This document shows, piece by piece, positions 24,766-30,894 of a stretch of 30,894 nucleotides of DNA. The translations under genes were made by a program, and so were the position numbers. Each line of letters starts with the position of its first letter. The first letter of the stretch is position 1. The DNA comes from Vicinamibacterales bacterium. Its GTDB lineage: Bacteria; Acidobacteriota; Vicinamibacteria; Vicinamibacterales; Fen-181. Under the pieces are notes generated by a model that worked only from the letters and a program-made list of their open reading frames with translations, searched no databases and was not told the origin of the DNA. The DNA is taken from the NCBI GenBank assembly GCA_035348395.1, contig DAOPQX010000002.1, positions 1 through 30,894 of the forward strand, written 5' to 3'.

Positions 24766-26610
24766 ATGAGCAACCCTGTCTTCGTCCTCGGCATCTCCGG
24801 CTTTTACCACGACGCCGCTGCCGCGCTCGTCCGCGACGGCGAGATCGTGGCAGCCGCGCAGGAAGAGCGCTTTACCCGCGTCAAGCACGACCCCGGGTTT
24901 CCGCAGCTCGCGATCGACTATTGCCTCCGCGAGGGGGGCATCGAGCCGGGAGACCTCGACGCGGTTGCGTTCTACGAGAAGCCGCTCACCAAGTTCGAAC
25001 GGCTGCTCGAAACCTACCTGTCCTTCGCCCCTTCCGGCTTCGCCAGCTTCCGCCAGGCCCTGCCCATCTGGCTCCGCCAGAAGCTGCACCTGCCGCGGGT
25101 GATGGACCGGGGGCTGCGCGGCGGGTTCAAGGGCCGCTACGTCTTCCCTGAGCACCACGAGTCGCACGCGGCCAGCGCGTTCTTCCCCTCCCCCTTCGAG
25201 GAGGCCGCGATCCTCACGATCGACGGGGTGGGCGAGTGGGCGACGGCGGCCCTCGGCTTCGGCCGGGGGAACCGGGTCGAGCTGACCCACGAGTTGCGCT
25301 TCCCCCACTCGCTCGGCCTGCTGTATTCCGCGTTCACCTACTACACGGGCTTCAAGGTGAACTCGGGCGAGTACAAGCTCATGGGCCTCGCCCCGTACGG
25401 CGAGCCGCGCTACGCGGAGCTGATCCTCGAGAAGCTGCTCGACCTGAAGGAGGACGGATCGTTTCGCCTCGACCTGCAGTACTTCAACTACTGTCAGGGC
25501 CTGACGATGACGAGCGAGCTGTTCCATCGCCTGTTCGGAGGGCCGCCCCGCCAGCCCGAGTCACCCGTGACCGATCGCGACATGGACCTCGCCGCCAGCA
25601 TCCAGGTCGTGACCGAGGAGATCGTCTCGCGCATGGCGCGGCACCTCCACGGCCTGACCGGGATGAAGAACCTGTGCCTGGCGGGAGGTGTCGCCCTCAA
25701 CTGCGTCGCCAATGGCCGCCTGCGGCGCGAGGGGCCGTTCGAGGGCCTGTGGATCCAGCCTGCCGCCGGCGACGCCGGCGGCGCGCTCGGCGCCGCGCTT
25801 CTCGTGTGGCATCAGCTCATGGGGCGCGAGCGCCGGCCGCGCTCCTGCGACAGCATGCAGGGCGCCCTGCTCGGTCCGGCGTTCGACGACGCGCAAATCA
25901 AGGCGGTCCTTGATCGGGCCGGCGCCTGCTACCACCAGTACGACGACGAGACGATGCTCGAGCAGGTGGTGTCGCTGCTCGCCAGCGAGAAGGTGGTCGG
26001 CCGCCTGCAGGGGCGCATGGAGTTCGGCCCGCGGGCCTTGGGCAGCCGCAGCATCCTGGGCGACGCCCGCAGCACCCGGATGCAGTCGGTGATGAACCTG
26101 AAGATCAAGTTCAGGGAGTCGTTCCGCCCCTTCGCCCCGTCCGTGCTCCAGGAGCACGCCCACGAGTACTTCTCGATGGACCCGGAGGTCGAGAGCCCCT
26201 ACATGCTGCTGGTTGCCGACGTGCGCCCCGACAAGCGGGTGAACGACGACGGGCGGCGCGCCGGCCTGCGGGGGATGGAACTGCTCAAGGCGAAGCGCTC
26301 GGTCGTTCCCGCCATCACGCACGTGGACTACTCGGCCCGCGTGCAGACGGTCGAGCGCGACCGCCACGCCTCGTACCACCGGCTGATCAGCCGGTTCCAC
26401 GAGGCGACCGGCTGCCCGGTCGTCATCAACACGAGCTTCAACGTGCGCGGCGAGCCGATCGTCTGCTCGCCCGAGGATGCCCTGAACTGCTTCCTGAACA
26501 CCGGCATGGACGCCCTGGTCATGGAGCACTTCCTCCTGCTCAAGGCGGAGCAGCCCGCGTCGCTGCTCGGCAACCAGGAGGAGTACCTGAAGGCCTTCAA
26601 GCTCGACTAG
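24766..26610 (+). CDS. O-carbamoyltransferase (NodU/CmcH/SxtI family), 614 aa
   Basis: Motifs LGISGFYHDAAA, HHESHAASAF, DGVGE, GEYKLMGLAPYG, GGVALNCVANG, EFGPRALGSRS, FRESFRPFAP and NTSFN. Confidence 0.95.
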   Translation: MSNPVFVLGISGFYHDAAAALVRDGEIVAAAQEERFTRVKHDPGFPQLAIDYCLREGGIEPGDLDAVAFYEKPLTKFERLLETYLSFAPSGFASFRQALPIWLRQKLHLPRVMDRGLRGGFKGRYVFPEHHESHAASAFFPSPFEEAAILTIDGVGEWATAALGFGRGNRVELTHELRFPHSLGLLYSAFTYYTGFKVNSGEYKLMGLAPYGEPRYAELILEKLLDLKEDGSFRLDLQYFNYCQGLTMTSELFHRLFGGPPRQPESPVTDRDMDLAASIQVVTEEIVSRMARHLHGLTGMKNLCLAGGVALNCVANGRLRREGPFEGLWIQPAAGDAGGALGAALLVWHQLMGRERRPRSCDSMQGALLGPAFDDAQIKAVLDRAGACYHQYDDETMLEQVVSLLASEKVVGRLQGRMEFGPRALGSRSILGDARSTRMQSVMNLKIKFRESFRPFAPSVLQEHAHEYFSMDPEVESPYMLLVADVRPDKRVNDDGRRAGLRGMELLKAKRSVVPAITHVDYSARVQTVERDRHASYHRLISRFHEATGCPVVINTSFNVRGEPIVCSPEDALNCFLNTGMDALVMEHFLLLKAEQPASLLGNQEEYLKAFKLD

Positions 26611-26626
26611 CAGGCGGCTGACCGCG

Positions 26627-27079
26627 ATGAACTTTCGAGACCTCAACCTCCGACCCAACGACCGCGAGCTCCGGCAGTTCTCGGCCCTGTGGCTCGTCGG
26701 TTTCGGCCTGCTCGGCGCGATCGTGGCCTGGCGCGCCGGCGCCTTCGCCTCGGGCATCCCTCCCGGCTGGCACGCGCCGTGGCGCCTGCCGATCGCCCTC
26801 TGGGGGATCGCGGCGATGGGGGCCGCCGTCGGCCTGGCCGTCCCCCGCGCGATCCGGCCGGTCTACGTCGCCTGGATGGTGGCCGCGTTCCCCATCGGGT
26901 GGGCCGTCAGCCAGCTGTTGCTCGCGCTGGTCTACTACGTGTTGTTCACCGCGTTCGGCCTGGTGTTTCGGATCGCCGGCCGCGACGCCCTTGGCCGGTC
27001 GTTCGATCGCGGCGCGTCGAGCTACTGGGTCGCGCGCAAGCCGGCAAGCAGCCTCGAGCGGTACTTCAGGCAGTTCTGA
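26627..27079 (+). CDS. SxtJ family membrane protein
   Basis: Starts P..RELRQF, has TM helices and ends SYWVARK....RYFRQF. It sits directly after the carbamoyltransferase. Confidence 0.85.
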   Translation: MNFRDLNLRPNDRELRQFSALWLVGFGLLGAIVAWRAGAFASGIPPGWHAPWRLPIALWGIAAMGAAVGLAVPRAIRPVYVAWMVAAFPIGWAVSQLLLALVYYVLFTAFGLVFRIAGRDALGRSFDRGASSYWVARKPASSLERYFRQF

Positions 27080-27090
27080 GAGGAACCGGG

Positions 27091-27291
27091 ATGGTGGATC
27101 GCGACTCCGTCGATCGCTTCGAGAAGGCGGCCGCCGCGCCGCGCGCGTCGCTGGCCGCCGAGCTGTGGCAGTTTCTCGCGCACAACAAGAAGTGGTGGCT
27201 GCTGCCGATCGTGATCGTGTTCGCGCTGCTGGGGGCGTTGATGCTGCTTGGCGGCACCGCGGCTGCGCCGTTCATCTACACGCTGTTCTAG
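27091..27291 (+). CDS. DUF5989 / SxtK-like small membrane protein, 66 aa
   Basis: ELWQFL..NKKWWLLPIVIV...LG......APFIYTLF*. Read manually as the end of ORF 26689..27291. Confidence 0.88.
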   Translation: MVDRDSVDRFEKAAAAPRASLAAELWQFLAHNKKWWLLPIVIVFALLGALMLLGGTAAAPFIYTLF

Positions 27292-28080
27292 GGTTCCGTC
27301 GGCGGATCTCCTTGCACGGCCCTCGACCACGCGCAGGCCCTCGGCCTGTTCCTGCACTTCAAGCTGCAGGAGACCGAGAACGACGACACTATCCGCGAGG
27401 ATCGTGGCCCCGCCCCGACGGCCCTCGACCAGGGAGAGCTGGGCGTCGAGCGGAAGCTCTACCTGCGCGAGCTGGTCGCGCGATTCGGTTACGAGCTGGC
27501 GCTCAACTGGAACCTCGGCGAGGAGAACACGCAGACACCGGATCAGCAGCGTGCGATGGCGCGCTTCATCCGTGAGACCGACCCATATCCCCACCCGATC
27601 GTCATCCACACCTACCCCCATCTGCAGGACAAGGTCTACGTTCCCCTGCTCGGCGCCCAGTCGGGGTTGAGTGGCATTTCGCTGCAGAACCACTGGCGCA
27701 CCGCCCACCAGCGCGTCCTCAAGTGGATCACCGAGTCGGAGAAGGCTGGCAGGCCCTGGGTGGTCGCCAACGACGAGCAGAACCCGCATTTCACAGGGGT
27801 GCCGCCCGATCCAGGCTACGAGGGACACGACGGCGTGGCGCGTCCCGGCAAGATCTACGTCGTCTACCTGCCCGACGGCGGCACGACCGCGCTCGATCTC
27901 GGCCCGGCGAAGGCGGAGTACAGCGTCCGGTGGTACGATCCGAGGAACGGCGGTCCGCTTCTGCCGGGCAGCGTGACCTCGGTCACGGGGCCCGGTGTTG
28001 CGACGCTCGGCCAGCCGCCTCGCGATCCCGGCGACGACTGGGTGATCCTGGTCAGGCGGCGCGGTGAGGACACGGAGTGA
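27292..28080 (+). pseudogene. 5'-truncated and internally deleted DUF5060/DUF4038-type glycosidase-like gene with a C-terminal putative collagen-binding domain
   Basis: The frame is open from 27292 with no start before 27556, yet it already reads DHAQALGLFLHFKLQETEND, ERKLYLRELVARFG and WNLGEEN. It later jumps from PPDPGYEGHDGVA directly to PGKIYVVYLP...WYDPRNGG...DWVILV. Confidence 0.6.
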
Positions 28081-28085
28081 CTCAC

Positions 28086-28955
28086 ATGAAGCACGCTCGA
28101 TCGATGCTGCTGGTCTTGCTGGTTGGGGCGGTGGGGGCGGGCGCCGCCGCGGCGCAGGGCGACGCCGACAGGAAGGAGTGGGTTCCGATCTTCAACGGGA
28201 AGAACCTCGACGGCTGGGATGTGAAGATCACCGGCCACGACCTGAACGACAACGCCGGCAACACCTTCCGGGTCGAGAACGGGGTGCTGAAGACCGCCTA
28301 CGATGCCTACGGTCAGTCGTTCGGCAACCGCTTCGGCCACCTCTTCTACCGTCAGAAGCTCTCCCACTACGTCGTGGCGGTGGAGTACCGCTTCGTCGGC
28401 GAGCAGGCGCCCGGCGCGCCCGACTGGGCGTTCCGCAACAGCGGCGTCATGGTGCACTCCCAATCGGCCCGCAGCATGACGAAGGGGCAGGACTTCCCGG
28501 TCAGCATCGAGGTGCAGCTGCTCGGCGGGCCGGAGACAGGCGAGCGCACGACCGCGAACCTGTGCACCCCCGGCACCAACGTCGAGATGGACGGCAAGCT
28601 GGTGACCCAGCACTGCGTCAACTCGACCTCCAGGACGTATCGCGGCGACCAGTGGGTGCGCGTCGAGGTCGAAGTGCTCGGCGGCGCGTCGATCAGGCAC
28701 ATCGTCGAGGGGCAGACGGTGCTCGCGTACCAGAAGCCCCAGGCCGGCGGCGGCAACGTGACCAGCGCCGACCCTTCCGTGGTAAAAGACGGGGCCCTGC
28801 TCGAGGAGGGGTACATTGCCCTTCAGAGCGAGAGTCACCCGATCGAGTTCCGGAAGGTGGAGCTGCTGAACCTCGTTGGCTGCACCGACCCGAAGGCCGC
28901 GAACTTCAAGAGCTACTACGTGAAGTCCGACAACGCCGCGTGCCGGTACCGGTAA
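28086..28955 (+). CDS. DUF1080 domain protein (3-keto-disaccharide hydrolase family), exported
   Basis: Signal peptide, then IFNGKNLDGW, NSGVM.H, SIEVQLL and GYIALQSESHPIEFRK. Cys-containing tail GCTDPKA.N. Confidence 0.9.
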   Translation: MKHARSMLLVLLVGAVGAGAAAAQGDADRKEWVPIFNGKNLDGWDVKITGHDLNDNAGNTFRVENGVLKTAYDAYGQSFGNRFGHLFYRQKLSHYVVAVEYRFVGEQAPGAPDWAFRNSGVMVHSQSARSMTKGQDFPVSIEVQLLGGPETGERTTANLCTPGTNVEMDGKLVTQHCVNSTSRTYRGDQWVRVEVEVLGGASIRHIVEGQTVLAYQKPQAGGGNVTSADPSVVKDGALLEEGYIALQSESHPIEFRKVELLNLVGCTDPKAANFKSYYVKSDNAACRYR

Positions 28956-28983
28956 GGCCACCGCACAGCTGAGCGTCCCCTCC

Positions 28984-29042
28984 GGGGTCGGGAGTAATTA
29001 GAAGTCGTGCCGGATTTCCGATTTCCAATTACTCCCGACCCC
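28984..29042. repeat. 59-bp palindromic element with 16-bp perfect terminal inverted repeats (REP/MITE-like)
   Basis: GGGGTCGGGAGTAATT(28984-99)/AATTACTCCCGACCCC(29027-42). Inner GAAGTCG/CGATTTC extends the stem, and it contains a tandem GATTTCC x2. Confidence 0.75.
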
Positions 29043-29112
29043 AATCCTTCCGTCCGTGGCACGGCCATTGCTGCGACAGAGCGCAAGCGCGTCGTGAGGG
29101 CCGGAGGACGGT

Positions 29113-29793
29113 ATGTGGAGCTATTTCGCCAAGGGCGGCCCCGTGATGTGGCCGCTTCTGGTTCTGTCGATTCTCGCCGTCGTGGTGATCGTGTGGCGGT
29201 GGCTCGCGCTTCGCGAGGCCACGAGGAACGCGGCGTCGCTGATGGCGGCCCTGAAGGAGCGGCTGCTCGCGCGCGATCCGATGGGTGCGGTGGCGGCGTG
29301 CGATGCTCACCCGGGGGCCGTGGCAAGCATCGTCCGCGCCGGCCTGCTGCGCCTCGGGCGCCCCAAGGACGAGATCGAGCTGGGGCTGCAGGATGCGTCG
29401 GCGCACGAGCTCATGGCGCTCGAGCGCGGCTTGCCCGTGCTCGCCACAGTCGCGATGGTCGCGCCCCTTCTCGGCTTCCTCGGGACCGTCACAGGGATGA
29501 TCAACTCCTTCGACGCGCTGGCGGCCGTGGGACTGAACAACCCCGCGGCCGTCGCATCCGGCATTTCCGAGGCGCTGATCACCACGGCGGCCGGCCTCAT
29601 GATCGCCATCCCCGTGCAGATGGCCTACAACTACTTCGTGGTGCGGGTGAACGTCACGGTCCGCGACATGGAGGCGGCTGCCAACCTCGTGCTCGAGGCG
29701 CTGACCGATGTCCGCTTGAGCGAGACCGGCGGCGAGCGGGCGGCTGCGCCGCGTCTCGCCGTTCCGAACCCCAACCCGGCGGCGGCGCGGTAG
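29113..29793 (+). CDS. exbB: MotA/TolQ/ExbB proton channel protein
   Basis: Motifs GGPVMWPL, APLLGFLGTVTGMI and GISEALITTAAGL. Confidence 0.92.
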   Translation: MWSYFAKGGPVMWPLLVLSILAVVVIVWRWLALREATRNAASLMAALKERLLARDPMGAVAACDAHPGAVASIVRAGLLRLGRPKDEIELGLQDASAHELMALERGLPVLATVAMVAPLLGFLGTVTGMINSFDALAAVGLNNPAAVASGISEALITTAAGLMIAIPVQMAYNYFVVRVNVTVRDMEAAANLVLEALTDVRLSETGGERAAAPRLAVPNPNPAAAR

Positions 29794-29805
29794 GAGGAGG
29801 GCCGC

Positions 29806-30231
29806 ATGCGCCTCCACAGGCCGCGCACGACGCTGCGGGGGGTGATCCCGACGGCCACGATGGCCGACATCGCCTTCCTGCTGATCATCTTCTTCATGGT
29901 CACGACGGCATACAGCCTCGATCGGACCGCGCTCGAGCTGCCCCAGACCGCCGAGCAGCAGCAGGCGCCGAAAGGGGCCGCGCTGGTCGTGATTGCGCCC
30001 GACGACACGTTCCGCTTCTCGGCCGGCGAGGAGGATGCCAAGCTCGTTGAAGGGCTGGAAGGGCTGGGGACCGCTGTCCGGCAGGTGACTGCCGCCAACA
30101 GGCTTCAGCCGTTCAGCATCAAGGCGGACAGGCGGGTGAAGTACCGCACCATCGACGCCGTGCTGGAGCAGTTGCGGCAGGCGGGGGCCGAGAACATCAC
30201 GCTGCTGTCGCGCGGGGAGAACGAGCGATGA
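29806..30231 (+). CDS. exbD: ExbD/TolR biopolymer transport protein
   Basis: IPTATMADIAFLLIIFFMV (conserved TM Asp) and IKADRRVKY. Confidence 0.9.
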   Translation: MRLHRPRTTLRGVIPTATMADIAFLLIIFFMVTTAYSLDRTALELPQTAEQQQAPKGAALVVIAPDDTFRFSAGEEDAKLVEGLEGLGTAVRQVTAANRLQPFSIKADRRVKYRTIDAVLEQLRQAGAENITLLSRGENER

Positions 30232-30659
30232 GGGTCCCGCGCCGCGAGGTGCCGTCGGAGATTCCAACCGCGTCGATGGCGGACGTGGCCTTTCTCCTGA
30301 TCATCTTCTTCCTGGTCGCTTCCTTCTACAGCGTGACGCGGGGCGTGCAGTTCTCGCTCCCGCGCCACGACGAGGCGACCGTCAACGTCGAGCCCGAGGC
30401 GTCGGTGCTCGTCGAGATCGCGCCCGACGCCTCGCTGCGGGTGGACGGGCGTTCGATGCCGCTCGCCCACCTGCCCGGCTACCTGCGGCCCAGGCTGGTG
30501 GCGAACCCGGCGAAGCCGGTGATCATCCGGACCGACCTGGACGCGTCGTACTCGGCGATGACCGACGTGTTCGACGAACTCCGCCAGGCCGGTGTCCGCA
30601 ACGTCGTCATCCCTACGCAGGCCGAGCTTGCGTTGTACGGGCTGGAGGGACAGCGGTGA
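30228..30659 (+). CDS. exbD: Second ExbD/TolR protein
   Basis: IPTASMADVAFLLIIFFLV. It overlaps the preceding gene at ATGA. Confidence 0.9.
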   Translation: MRVPRREVPSEIPTASMADVAFLLIIFFLVASFYSVTRGVQFSLPRHDEATVNVEPEASVLVEIAPDASLRVDGRSMPLAHLPGYLRPRLVANPAKPVIIRTDLDASYSAMTDVFDELRQAGVRNVVIPTQAELALYGLEGQR

Positions 30660-30894
30660 CCGACCAACCGCAGGCTCGCCCGCCCGACCGCCGGGAGGGA
30701 CGCGCCCGCGAGGAGCTGGCGCTGGCCGAGCGCTGGCTGAGGAGGGACCCGCGCGACCGAAAGTGGGTGGCCCGGGGTGTCGCCGTCGCGCTGTTGCTGC
30801 ACGCGGGTGTCCTGTTTGCGCGCATGCCTGGCTGGGGGGCCGAGCCGAAGCGGGTGGAGCCGCCGCAGGAGCAGGCCATGCAGGTGCAGTTCCT
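30656..30894 (+). CDS. tonB: TonB-like energy transducer, 5' part (runs off the window end)
   Basis: GTG start overlaps the exbD stop (GTGA). It reads ...KWVARGVAVALLLHAGVLFARMPGWGAEPKRVEPPQEQ, a single TM helix with the TonB-type His followed by a Pro-containing linker. Confidence 0.7.
   Translation, partial: MTDQPQARPPDRREGRAREELALAERWLRRDPRDRKWVARGVAVALLLHAGVLFARMPGWGAEPKRVEPPQEQAMQVQF

Noticed and set aside
23727-27291. Saxitoxin biosynthesis cluster
   Set aside because: Only sxtI/J/K/L-like accessory genes are present, with no sxtA, sxtG, sxtB or other core genes. The DDAH is 14 kb away and has DDAH-type motifs.
27091-28080. Programmed stop-codon readthrough fusing DUF5989 to the downstream frame
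   Set aside because: The shared frame has a 1-in-3 chance probability. DUF5989 ends at its typical YTLF, and the downstream part is a mid-protein fragment.
7-30879. Many long overlapping or antisense ORFs in the track (e.g. 7..1080+, 2210..4324+, 4996..7023+, 9515..11674-, 9742..11769+, 14780..16492-, 16247..18022+)
   Set aside because: They are Arg/Gly/Pro/Ala-rich, lack family motifs and shadow well-supported genes. This is expected from stop-codon scarcity at high GC.

Overview
A 30.9 kb, very GC-rich, densely coding bacterial window. The PadR + duplicated orphan ABC permease pair suggests Acidobacteriota (inference). Housekeeping and accessory genes: the 3' end of a transketolase, an EamA transporter, class I FBP aldolase, an orphan mycobacterial-type SecA2 with a hydrophobic tail, PadR/ADOP, a stand-alone GMP-synthase ATPPase subunit, DDAH, a CocE/NonD hydrolase and Ogt. 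Carbohydrate block: GH127, three consecutive Tat-signal proteins (a Gfo/Idh/MocA oxidoreductase and two TIM barrels), a GntP permease, an M19 dipeptidase, a third TIM barrel and DUF1080. Also present are an SGNH-carbamoyltransferase-SxtJ-DUF5989 module and the start of an ExbB-ExbD-ExbD-TonB operon. The best leads are: (1) a 621-aa double-SIS protein that appears collinear end to end with mammalian glucokinase regulatory protein; (2) the possibly tail-anchored orphan SecA2; (3) a likely periplasmic redox-type glycoside pathway, including a TIM barrel with a rewired metal site; (4) two genes collapsed by in-frame internal deletions; and (5) several small intergenic repeat or palindrome elements plus apparent leaderless promoters. 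I saw no rRNA, tRNA, CRISPR array or intact transposase. All family assignments come from motif recognition and recalled sequences; no searches were run.
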